From a virus (Duplodnaviria; Caudoviricetes): 53,836 nucleotides of DNA. The notes below the pieces were generated by a model. The model did not search any database, was not told where the DNA came from, and saw only the letters and a program-made list of their open reading frames with translations. Within the stretch, counting starts at the first letter, position 1. Each line of letters begins with the position of its first letter. This document shows positions 37,762-45,668 of this stretch, piece by piece. The stretch lies in the IMG/VR virus record IMGVR_UViG_3300049479_000302, positions 1-53,836 of that record; one strand, written 5' to 3'. The translations under genes were made by a program, and so were the position numbers.

Positions 37762-38773
37762 GCTGCTGATACTCCGGCAAATTTCGAAATTGATAGGCTG
37801 CTACCTGGCTTCGTTTTTCGGCCTGCGTCAGTGGTCGATCATGTCCACGAGCGTGGCTTGCCAGCTTGCGCTTTTGGCTTTGCAGAATCGAATCGAGGTA
37901 CCCGGCATTGATCGGGCTCGCGTTGTTTTGCTCTTCGCGCTGGGCCTTCGCCGTGTCAAGCGCTTGCAGCAGCTGCGTATCGGTTACGCCAGTGCTTGCC
38001 CACCCGATCACTCTCGGGTCAGCATGGGTCAAAGCCGCCCCACGCTGGCGAAGCAACACGGCGATTTCTGAACATCGAACCTGTTCGTGGGTTCGGTCGG
38101 GAATTTTCCGAGCATCGGGTTTCGGTGGGCCAGACGACAACAACGCGGAATCGTTTCGCGCGTCGGTGGCTGTTAAGTCACAGGTGTTGTTGTTTATTAC
38201 TTCTGTCTCTGTCCCTATCCCTGTCCCTATCTCTGTCCCTTGGAGTGCATTTCCCGAGGGACATTTAGGGGACACTGGGGGCTTGTCCCTAGGGACACTT
38301 AAAATTTGTCCCTGGGGACAACCGAGGGACAGCCAATCCTCAAAAGACGGTTTTTCGATATTCGTTTTGTGCCTGTCGTTGTGTTTTTTGATGCGCGCAC
38401 ATTCTGTTACCCACCGCTGTTTAAGCTTTGCCATCCATGCTTCATTGGCTTTTTCTGCGACTACAGGATGGTAGTACCTGCCATCGCTGCAAAGCCGCCA
38501 GTTATGCAGGGCGCGGGTCTTGACCTTTTTCCACTCTTTGATGACGCGGCCAAATCCAGCGAACTGGGACAGCTGTGCATCATCATTTGGAAGCGACCCA
38601 GCAGGCACCTGGTGCCAACTTGTACACCACAACAAAACAGCCGCACGGAATTCTTCGCCCGATGCAGAAGCGGCAAGATTCGAGTCTCGTAAACGCAAAA
38701 CATCGAGAGGCATGAAAGCAAAGTCTCGAAGGTCGCAATCTTCAGGTGTGAGTGGTTTTTCTTGAGAGTTCAT
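37712..38773 (-). CDS. Replication initiator, DUF1376/YdaU family
   Basis: DLRDFAFMPLDV.RLRDS, SWHQVPAGSLP.DD, DGRYYHPVVAE. Confidence 0.85.
   Translation of the reverse strand: MNSQEKPLTPEDCDLRDFAFMPLDVLRLRDSNLAASASGEEFRAAVLLWCTSWHQVPAGSLPNDDAQLSQFAGFGRVIKEWKKVKTRALHNWRLCSDGRYYHPVVAEKANEAWMAKLKQRWVTECARIKKHNDRHKTNIEKPSFEDWLSLGCPQGQILSVPRDKPPVSPKCPSGNALQGTEIGTGIGTETEVINNNTCDLTATDARNDSALLSSGPPKPDARKIPDRTHEQVRCSEIAVLLRQRGAALTHADPRVIGWASTGVTDTQLLQALDTAKAQREEQNNASPINAGYLDSILQSQKRKLASHARGHDRPLTQAEKRSQVAAYQFRNLPEYQQHGNESQIIDITPDSES
38210..38331. repeat. Replication origin iterons within initiator gene
   Basis: Ten TGTCCC/GGGACA hexamers including palindromes TGTCCCTAGGGACA and TGTCCCTGGGGACA. Confidence 0.75.
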
Positions 38774-38964
38774 GCAAAAACTCCGGCGTGAGGCTTCTTT
38801 TTTTGTAAAACTCGCACTTTTTTGCAACCCAATTGCTCAAGTTCATGCGTGTACGCCTCAGCCTGCTCTGCCGTATTGGCGATTCGCGATTCGGTGTAGG
38901 GGTATTTGATACCGGTCACAAGGACTGGGGAAAAGTCGCCCGCCTGGGTTGTTTCGGCTTTCAT
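38770..38964 (-). CDS. Small hypothetical protein
   Basis: Coupled at both ends; GGAGG RBS. Confidence 0.6.
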   Translation of the reverse strand: MKAETTQAGDFSPVLVTGIKYPYTESRIANTAEQAEAYTHELEQLGCKKVRVLQKKKPHAGVFA

Positions 38965-40595
38965 AGAATGCCTCCCGATTTGGCAGATGCAACCATAATC
39001 ACCACCGACACACTGGTACCAGAAAATTCGTTATCAAAAGTCTTCGGAAATACGCACTCAAGCCCGGGCAACAAGTCTTTGCCCTTGGCACTGGCAGGCA
39101 GAATTGCAACAAGCCTTCCGGTCGGCGCAAGCAAGCAAGCAGCAGCCTCCAGGTGGGCCATCCAGCGCCCTTGGTCAAATGGTGGGTTCATTACGATGCG
39201 GTCGAATCGTGAAGTTGTCTTGCCAGCAAATGCAATAAAGTCTTCCTGAACCGTGTCATAACCTTTCGCCTTCAAAACACCGCAGCGAAGCCCGGAAACC
39301 TCAATACATAGCGTTTTTTCTTTGGGCATATGGTCAGCCAGCCCGCCGGTACCGGCACTTGGCTCAAGGCAGGCGTGATGGTCTTCAATCTCAGCCAGAT
39401 CTATGGCAGCCTCGGCCACACTTTCAGGCGTTGGGTAAAACTGATGTGATTTCTGATCCGGCACACAGCCATTGGTCACAATGGTGTCGATTACTGGCAT
39501 GGGGTCGTAATCAAATTGCCACCACCCCTCTTTTGTTTTCACGCCGCCAATCGACTCAAGAATGTTGCGAGCCTCTGCGGCAATGTGCTTATCCGATCCC
39601 AAATCACCAGACACTGTGTTTGCAACAAACTCATATCGCGAGGAACTCACCCAATCACCAAGCTCAACCATCCGCTTCGCTTGCTTCAGATTTGACAGTG
39701 CATTCAGAACCGCGAACGGTAACGGCCTTTGAATCAACTCAATTTCTTTTGGGTTTTTCTTGGGCCTACGGCGAAACTCCGAGGGAATTGCAAGTGGGTA
39801 AATTGAAGCCAGTACCGAATTCAATCGCCACGCCATATTGGGATGCACCTCAATGTGTGCTGTGCCCTTTTTGTAAAGGCGAATTTTGAGAGAGTTCCCG
39901 TCAACCTGAACCCACTCGCCCCAGCGTCCCTTCAGCCCGTAAATAAGGTGCTCACTGGCCCGGTAATTTGGATCATCGCGACCCATAAACTTAGCGACCA
40001 CCGAACGCAGGTCGTTAATCAAGCCAGATACACTGAAATTGGTGTGGCCGTATTCGTTCAACACCCTGGCTACGATCATGCGCTTACCAAATGCCGCCGG
40101 ACTATTTGTTACATGCTCACCAGACAAGCCACGGAAAATGCCATCAACCCTTTCGGCCAAGAACATATGGCGCTTATCAAGCAAATCAGACAAAGTAGAC
40201 CGCACGGTTTCATACTCAAAATCCGGGCACTTTTTTTCTTGGATAAGGTTGTTCCATTCATCCCGGCGCTTTTGCGGCATCACGTTTAGAACATCGGTCA
40301 TGTGCATGGCTTTTGACCAGTAGGCGCTGTTCAGTGCAGCAACAGCCCCCTTAACCTCAAAAAGATGCGCCACGCCCGGAACGCCATGCCTGCCACGCTC
40401 CGAATTACCCTCCAAGAAATAGCCTATTGCCCCGGCAGTCTCGCCAGTTACCATAGCCCCCACCTCTTGAATGCGGGCCAACATGGCTTGATATTGAGCC
40501 ACAAGGCCATCAATAAGATCAGTCGATGCAGGGGCAAAAAATTGATCACCATCACCGCCCGCAAAAACACATTGCAAATCCTGTCTTGCACTCAT
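38961..40595 (-). CDS. DUF4942-domain SAM-dependent DNA methyltransferase
   Basis: QFYPTP, LEPSAGTG (motif I), MNPPF (motif IV). Confidence 0.85.
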   Translation of the reverse strand: MSARQDLQCVFAGGDGDQFFAPASTDLIDGLVAQYQAMLARIQEVGAMVTGETAGAIGYFLEGNSERGRHGVPGVAHLFEVKGAVAALNSAYWSKAMHMTDVLNVMPQKRRDEWNNLIQEKKCPDFEYETVRSTLSDLLDKRHMFLAERVDGIFRGLSGEHVTNSPAAFGKRMIVARVLNEYGHTNFSVSGLINDLRSVVAKFMGRDDPNYRASEHLIYGLKGRWGEWVQVDGNSLKIRLYKKGTAHIEVHPNMAWRLNSVLASIYPLAIPSEFRRRPKKNPKEIELIQRPLPFAVLNALSNLKQAKRMVELGDWVSSSRYEFVANTVSGDLGSDKHIAAEARNILESIGGVKTKEGWWQFDYDPMPVIDTIVTNGCVPDQKSHQFYPTPESVAEAAIDLAEIEDHHACLEPSAGTGGLADHMPKEKTLCIEVSGLRCGVLKAKGYDTVQEDFIAFAGKTTSRFDRIVMNPPFDQGRWMAHLEAAACLLAPTGRLVAILPASAKGKDLLPGLECVFPKTFDNEFSGTSVSVVIMVASAKSGGIL

Positions 40596-40599
40596 CGAG

Positions 40600-40974
40600 T
40601 CACTCCCCCTGCGCCATGATCAGCTGGCGGGCAATTTCCGGGTTGGCCATGGCCCTCGATGCAAAGTGTGTGGCGCACTCAAAAGACTTGGCATCCACAC
40701 AAACATCATCCTGGTTCACCAACTTCAACCCCAGGTGCGCAAACAGTTCGCACATAGGCCCCAACTGGTCGCTTTTCATGCGGGAAACCGTTGATTCGGC
40801 CACATTTAACAATTCAGCCAGAACTGTTTGTATCCCGGGCTCATGCATTCGCCGCAACACCAAGGAATGCATCTTTCTCGCGCTTTCATTTAAACCCGTA
40901 GAAACTTCGGGTTTACCACTACTGCCACGCGAAAACATTGGAGCGTTTATGCCCCCCGAATCATCACTCATCAA
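40600..40974 (-). CDS. cII: CII-like transcriptional regulator
   Basis: Q..LAELLNVAESTVSRMK...LGLKLV; downstream of cro; start uncertain. Confidence 0.7.
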   Translation of the reverse strand: MMSDDSGGINAPMFSRGSSGKPEVSTGLNESARKMHSLVLRRMHEPGIQTVLAELLNVAESTVSRMKSDQLGPMCELFAHLGLKLVNQDDVCVDAKSFECATHFASRAMANPEIARQLIMAQGE

Positions 40975-41014
40975 CTTTCACCCTTTGGTATTGAAGCCAT
41001 GGCGCTCAAAAACT

Positions 41015-41236
41015 TCACTGTTGGTCAACAACACTTGCCTCTTGCGGCGCACCTTCGGCGTTCACCAACTCTGTATGCAATTGCTGAATTCGATTACCGC
41101 GTTCGAAGCTAGTGCTTTTGTGAACGCCGGTTCGCAACCGAAAAACGATGGACTGAGATGTACCGATGCGAGAACCTATTTCCTCATCGGTCATGCCGGT
41201 GGCGTGGATTTCTCGGAGTAGCTGTTTGATGTTCAT
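41015..41236 (-). CDS. cro: Cro-like HTH repressor
   Basis: GMTDEEIGSRIGTSQSIVFRL HTH; divergent from cI. Confidence 0.8.
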   Translation of the reverse strand: MNIKQLLREIHATGMTDEEIGSRIGTSQSIVFRLRTGVHKSTSFERGNRIQQLHTELVNAEGAPQEASVVDQQ

Positions 41237-41249
41237 TTTTCCATCGATT

Positions 41250-41314
41250 ATACGCAAACGTATATATGCTAATACGTTCGCGTGTTTGACGCAAGCAATA
41301 CGCAGGCGTATTTT
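41250..41314. promoter_or_regulatory. OR-like switch: three operators and divergent promoters
   Basis: ATACG-N4-CGTAT at 41250 and 41298, variant ATACG-N4-CGTGT at 41272; TTGACG-17-TATTTT ends 6 nt before the cI ATG; minus-strand TATAAT near 41247-41252. Confidence 0.85.
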
Positions 41315-41320
41315 TCTGCC

Positions 41321-42049
41321 ATGAGCCTATCTACCAACCTTAAGAAACTGATGGAACGCCGAAAATTGACTGCAAACGCCCTGGCTGAGCTGTCTGGTGT
41401 GCCTCAACCGACAATCAGCAGGATGCTGAACGGCGACCATAAAGATCCGCGAAACGCAACCTTAGAAAAAATTGCCATCGTATTTGGCTGCTCAACTGAA
41501 TCGCTGAGGAAAGGAAATTTTGATGAAATAGCTGGATTTTCCGCACTTGATGTTCCTTTGAATCTGAATATTCCACAGATGGCACTCCATGAGTTAAACG
41601 CGGAATACCACACTGGCCCCACGTCGAAGGTCGCTATACCAGTGCTGGCCGCGGTGCCCTCAATGGGGAGTGGTGAGTTGCTGTCCTATGACGGCGACCA
41701 GATTATTGATGTCATGCCGGTCAGCCGGGAATGGATCGAGCGCAACATCAAATGCAAGCCGGACAACTTGCGCGTCATAACCGGGTCGGGTGACAGCATG
41801 CACCCCACCTTTTGCAACGGCGACTTGCTGTTGGTAGATGTATCAAAAGCCAAAGTCGATGTGGATGGGGTGTATGTGCTCAGCGCCCATGATCGGCTTT
41901 TTATTAAACGCGTGCGGCAGCGCCTGGATGGCCAGTTTGAGGTGTCCAGCGACAACGCAACAGTGAAGACCGTGGATGTGCTCAACGGCGAACACGAGAT
42001 CAAGGTCCATGGTCGAGTGGTTTGGGCGTGGAATGGCAGGGCTTTGTGA
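41321..42049 (+). CDS. cI: CI repressor (XRE HTH plus S24 autopeptidase)
   Basis: LAELSGVPQPTISRM HTH, GDSM.P, FIKR; ATG at 41321. Confidence 0.92.
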   Translation: MSLSTNLKKLMERRKLTANALAELSGVPQPTISRMLNGDHKDPRNATLEKIAIVFGCSTESLRKGNFDEIAGFSALDVPLNLNIPQMALHELNAEYHTGPTSKVAIPVLAAVPSMGSGELLSYDGDQIIDVMPVSREWIERNIKCKPDNLRVITGSGDSMHPTFCNGDLLLVDVSKAKVDVDGVYVLSAHDRLFIKRVRQRLDGQFEVSSDNATVKTVDVLNGEHEIKVHGRVVWAWNGRAL

Positions 42050-42115
42050 AGGTGATGGGGCTAGTTATGCAGCGCATCAAGATTTCTAAATTTTAATCGG
42101 CGCGGATCAAAATAA

Positions 42116-42574
42116 ATGGGACTGCTAAATAGGCTTTTTGGATACCGATGGAGTCTTTACATAGTTAAAGACAAGAAAATCGCATACGCGATGCATGAAA
42201 ACTCAGTTCTAGCGATGGTTGGTTATGTGATGCCGTTCTTCTCCAATGGTGCCAAACCACTGACACCATGGAATATCTATTTAAACTTTAACCATAAGAA
42301 TTTGGTTCTAAGATTAGAGCCAGAACACTTCACTCAAAACGGTGAAAATGTAACGAACTCTTTAATTAACAAAATTAAAGAGTTCGATCCCGGCTGGATG
42401 GTGAAAGGCGGCGAGCCTATATTTGAAGAAGCTGCGACAAAGAGGCAACTTAAAATCACTGACTATCCAAGTGGGCCGGCCGATATTCAGGCGATGCTCG
42501 ATAATTTTAATAAGCCACGTGAAACTACTTTTTTCTCTGTAATGGAAGAAGTATTCGGTGAAAGCAGCAACTGA
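42116..42574 (+). CDS. AT-rich accessory hypothetical protein
   Basis: 152-aa ORF downstream of cI. Confidence 0.7.
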   Translation: MGLLNRLFGYRWSLYIVKDKKIAYAMHENSVLAMVGYVMPFFSNGAKPLTPWNIYLNFNHKNLVLRLEPEHFTQNGENVTNSLINKIKEFDPGWMVKGGEPIFEEAATKRQLKITDYPSGPADIQAMLDNFNKPRETTFFSVMEEVFGESSN

Positions 42575-42598
42575 TTGAAATTTTCAACATTTGAAAGC

Positions 42599-42901
42599 AT
42601 GAAAAAAATCATCTTCCCAGGAATTTTTTTAATCGGATTGTCTGGATGCTTCCCACAAACTGAAGCCGAATGTTTGATGGATGTATCAAAAAACGCCCAG
42701 TCAGACAAGGCGGCCATTCTTGGAAAAATGGCTTGCGATAAACAGTTTTCCAGCGCACCCAAGTCAGAAACGCTGGATTCGACGCAACAATCCTCGCTGC
42801 CAACCCCCAAACCTGGTGATGTTATGGATGGCTATGTTTTCAAAGGCGGGGACCCTTCAAAAAAAGAAGCCTGGGAAAATCTAACTAGTAATAAGGACTA
42901 A
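42599..42901 (+). CDS. Lipoprotein carrying a copy of the giant virion protein N-terminal motif; candidate superinfection exclusion protein
   Basis: MKK, hydrophobic core, lipobox LSGC; C-terminal KPGDVMDGYVFKGGDPSKKEAW. Confidence 0.8.
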   Translation: MKKIIFPGIFLIGLSGCFPQTEAECLMDVSKNAQSDKAAILGKMACDKQFSSAPKSETLDSTQQSSLPTPKPGDVMDGYVFKGGDPSKKEAWENLTSNKD

Positions 42902-42903
42902 TA

Positions 42904-43335
42904 ATGCAAGTTTTTAAAGCGCAAATTGGTATTTGTGGGCCTCTGTTTATTGTTGGATTTGGACAGCCAACCGATACGCACACAGGAATTGTTGTTGATG
43001 GCTTCATCATCACACCCGATGAGTTGCCGACAGCGATTTATTTAAGAGCCGAATCCAAATCAAAGGCTCTCCCGGTAGATCTGGATTTAGAGCAACTGAT
43101 TATGCATGCGGCAGAAGAGAAAGCCAGGGATTGGATTGACGCTCACAAAAGCAAGCTGACGGACTTTTTAATATCAAAATTGGAATTCTCTGCGGTAGAA
43201 AAGACCGAACAACTTTTTTTAACATATAAAGGTTACTTTGATCCGCTAGATAAAATAGACCTTAATCAAGTCTCATTTAGCACCATGGAAATGATAGAAG
43301 GGCTGAAAAAATACCCTCCAATAAAATTGAATTGA
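42904..43335 (+). CDS. AT-rich accessory hypothetical protein
   Basis: AAGGA RBS, 143 aa. Confidence 0.7.
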   Translation: MQVFKAQIGICGPLFIVGFGQPTDTHTGIVVDGFIITPDELPTAIYLRAESKSKALPVDLDLEQLIMHAAEEKARDWIDAHKSKLTDFLISKLEFSAVEKTEQLFLTYKGYFDPLDKIDLNQVSFSTMEMIEGLKKYPPIKLN

Positions 43336-43351
43336 TTGATTAAGTAAAAAA

Positions 43352-44329
43352 ATGGACGAAACAAAACAAGATCAGGAAATCAAATTTAACCCTGCTACGC
43401 ACGATATTTATGTTTATGCAGGTGAAATAAACACTTCAGGCTACGAAATGTTGTCCAATTTGGCTGGTAATCCAGCCAACAAATACGCATTGTTAATACT
43501 ATTTACCCCCGGTGGGGACCCGCACGCTGGATTTAGAATCGCCAGGGCTTTGCAGTGCTACTACAATCATTTTGACATTCTGCTGCCACGGATTTGCAAA
43601 AGCGCTGGTTCACTGATAACGATTGGCGCAAAATCCATTTACATGGATGACATGAGCGAGCTTGGCCCGCTTGATGTGCAACTTAAAAAGAAGGATGAAA
43701 TATTTGGTCTTACATCTGGATTGGACATTGCTCACACTCTGAATCATTTGCAGAATCAAGCTATGTCTTCTTTTAGGAATAGCTTGCTTGAGCTAAGCGG
43801 GCAAGCCGGGCTGTCAACCAAGATGGCTGCCGATATTGCATCAAACCTTACAAGTGGACTGTTTCAGCCGATAATGGCTCAGGTTGACCCAATGAAGCTG
43901 TCCGAAACACAAAGAGCGCTCGAAATAGCCCAAGCTTATGGAACAAGATTGAATGAGAAGCCACTCAACTTACGAGCAGGCGGGCTAGAGGCGTTGATCA
44001 CAGGCTACCCCTCACATGGTTTTGTAATTGATAGAAAGGAAGCGAAAAGGCTGTTTGTTCGCGTTTCGAAACCCGAAGGTATTCTGCGAGAATATAGTGA
44101 CGCTTTTCGGTCGGCCTTTCAACAAGAAACGTACAAATCATTGCCAACCGTAATTAGAATACCAGCTGAAGATAGAGGACAACAAGATGATCAAACCCCA
44201 CCAGATTCCACCAGAACTCAAGCAGGCAATGATGAATCAAAGCCTAAAGAGTCGGGAATTATCGATCAAGCACCAGCGCAGCTTCAATCAAATACCTCAG
44301 CCACCCGAAAACCTGGAAAGAAACCTTAA
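43352..44329 (+). CDS. SDH/DUF114-family Clp-fold serine protease
   Basis: TPGG, KSAGSL (nucleophile Ser), SELGPLDVQ, YPSHGF. Confidence 0.85.
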   Translation: MDETKQDQEIKFNPATHDIYVYAGEINTSGYEMLSNLAGNPANKYALLILFTPGGDPHAGFRIARALQCYYNHFDILLPRICKSAGSLITIGAKSIYMDDMSELGPLDVQLKKKDEIFGLTSGLDIAHTLNHLQNQAMSSFRNSLLELSGQAGLSTKMAADIASNLTSGLFQPIMAQVDPMKLSETQRALEIAQAYGTRLNEKPLNLRAGGLEALITGYPSHGFVIDRKEAKRLFVRVSKPEGILREYSDAFRSAFQQETYKSLPTVIRIPAEDRGQQDDQTPPDSTRTQAGNDESKPKESGIIDQAPAQLQSNTSATRKPGKKP

Positions 44330-44366
44330 AGGTCTTGAGTCCTTAATAAAGTCCAAAATCGCTTAA
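44187..44366 (+). CDS. 59-aa ORF overlapping the protease 3' end in +1 frame
   Basis: AGAGGA RBS then ATG; MIKPHQIPPELKQ...LIKSKIA; stop just before terminator. Confidence 0.5.
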   Translation: MIKPHQIPPELKQAMMNQSLKSRELSIKHQRSFNQIPQPPENLERNLKGLESLIKSKIA

Positions 44367-44369
44367 AGT

Positions 44370-44394
44370 AACCCGCCTCTTGGCGGGTTTTATT
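44370..44394. terminator. Intrinsic terminator, probably bidirectional
   Basis: AACCCGCC-TCTT-GGCGGGTT then TTATT. Confidence 0.8.
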
Positions 44395-44398
44395 ACGC

Positions 44399-44512
44399 TT
44401 AAGCCCTCCTCCTCCACCTGAAAAAAGCTTTGATTGCGCCCAGAAATGCAGGCAAAAGCAACGCCAGCACCTCTGGATCAAGGGCAATAGATGCCGTCAG
44501 TTCAATAACCAC
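44399..44512 (-). CDS. 37-aa hydrophobic peptide, Fst/Ldr-like type I toxin candidate
   Basis: GAGGAG RBS, 6 nt, GTG; MVIELTASIALDPEVLALLLPAFLGAIKAFFRWRRRA. Confidence 0.65.
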   Translation of the reverse strand: MVIELTASIALDPEVLALLLPAFLGAIKAFFRWRRRA

Positions 44513-44537
44513 AGCAAACTCCTCATAAAAGCAGCCC

Positions 44538-44566
44538 TTGAAAACCCCTCCGTTGAAGCATAAACT
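44538..44566 (+). promoter_or_regulatory. sigma70 promoter for small RNA
   Basis: TTGAAA-17 nt-TAAACT. Confidence 0.65.
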
Positions 44567-44572
44567 GGTGGT

Positions 44573-44666
44573 TCTAAAGCGCCAGCCGAAGCTTATTCGG
44601 TAGATCGATCACTGGGGCTACCTCAGTGCCGATCGGGATGAACCGCCCTTGTGGCGGTTTTTCTTT
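44573..44666 (+). ncRNA. Putative ~95-nt structured small RNA, candidate antitoxin
   Basis: Own promoter, hairpins CCGAA/TTCGG and CGATC..CACTG/CAGTG..GATCG, terminator AACCGCC/GGCGGTT plus T-run. Confidence 0.6.
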
Positions 44667-45177
44667 GTTTGTGTAGTATTTATATTTATACGGATTCCCA
44701 CTTTTGATGGTTGGCCACGATACTGAACAAGCGATCGGGCGTCTATGGGGGATCCCAATTCCCCCTGTAACTACTAGCGTTACAATTTTCTATAACTTCC
44801 AAGCTGCCCCCGTGCATCAAAAACTCCCGCCTTCACACACATGGTTAATTAAATTCACGGACCGTACAAGATAAGCAAACTTGCGTATTAATCACCACCA
44901 TAAAAAGCTCGATAAATAATTTCTTGTTTTTATAGACACCATCCTAACCTCGATGCTCCATATTTTGCTCAAAAGGGGTGCCACCCGTGATACCCACCAT
45001 GGCAGGGTGTCCCATCCACTTCCCGGTATGTGCACCATCTTATGGCCCTAGTAAAAAGTTAAGCGCACCCCCCTTCCCTCGCAGTCATCACCAACCGCCC
45101 AAGCCTTCCCACCCCCGTCAAAACGAGGGGTGACCGGACCCACCCAAACAAACAAGACTGAAACAAACGCATAAATT

Positions 45178-45219
45178 ATACGAATACGTATTGACTTATT
45201 TAATACGTTTTCGTATATT
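45178..45219 (+). promoter_or_regulatory. OL/PL-like early promoter with two operators
   Basis: TTGACT-17-TATATT flanked and overlapped by ATACG-AATA-CGTAT and ATACG-TTTT-CGTAT. Confidence 0.85.
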
Positions 45220-45250
45220 TACCTCACAAACACACACATGTGAGGACAGC

Positions 45251-45499
45251 ATGAACACCACCACCCTCGGCACACCAGACCAGCAAGCGGAGCTGAAGCG
45301 CTACATGCGCCAGCTCAACAGCTTCGACTGGCAGTTCGAATACTCCGACGACTACAGCGTAGTCAAGTGCGGTTACATGGCGCTGGCGCAGCTTCATGCC
45401 CAACAAAAAAGAATCGACCCCACCGGCGAAATCTGGATGCAGTTTATGCCCGCCAATTGCAGCCACAAACCCGAGGTTCAGGAGAAGGCAAATGGCTAA
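45251..45499 (+). CDS. First early gene, hypothetical
   Basis: GAGGA RBS; FDWQFEYSDD motif. Confidence 0.75.
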   Translation: MNTTTLGTPDQQAELKRYMRQLNSFDWQFEYSDDYSVVKCGYMALAQLHAQQKRIDPTGEIWMQFMPANCSHKPEVQEKANG

Positions 45500-45668
45500 C
45501 TCTGGATTACTTCGAGCTCTGTTTGGTGGACGCATCCCCCAACACCACGCCACACCCGAACGCAAAGAACGCCGCCGGATCGTGAAGCTGGCCGGTCGCC
45601 GCCAAGCAATCAAGCACTTCAAAGACATGCGAGTAATCAACAAACTGAATGGGGTTAATTATGGATAA
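45492..45668 (+). CDS. Small basic hypothetical protein
   Basis: GGAGAAGG RBS; Arg-rich. Confidence 0.55.
   Translation: MANSGLLRALFGGRIPQHHATPERKERRRIVKLAGRRQAIKHFKDMRVINKLNGVNYG

Noticed and set aside
38210-38331. CRISPR-like or novel repeat array
   Set aside because: Irregular hexamers in both orientations inside the initiator gene; typical origin iterons
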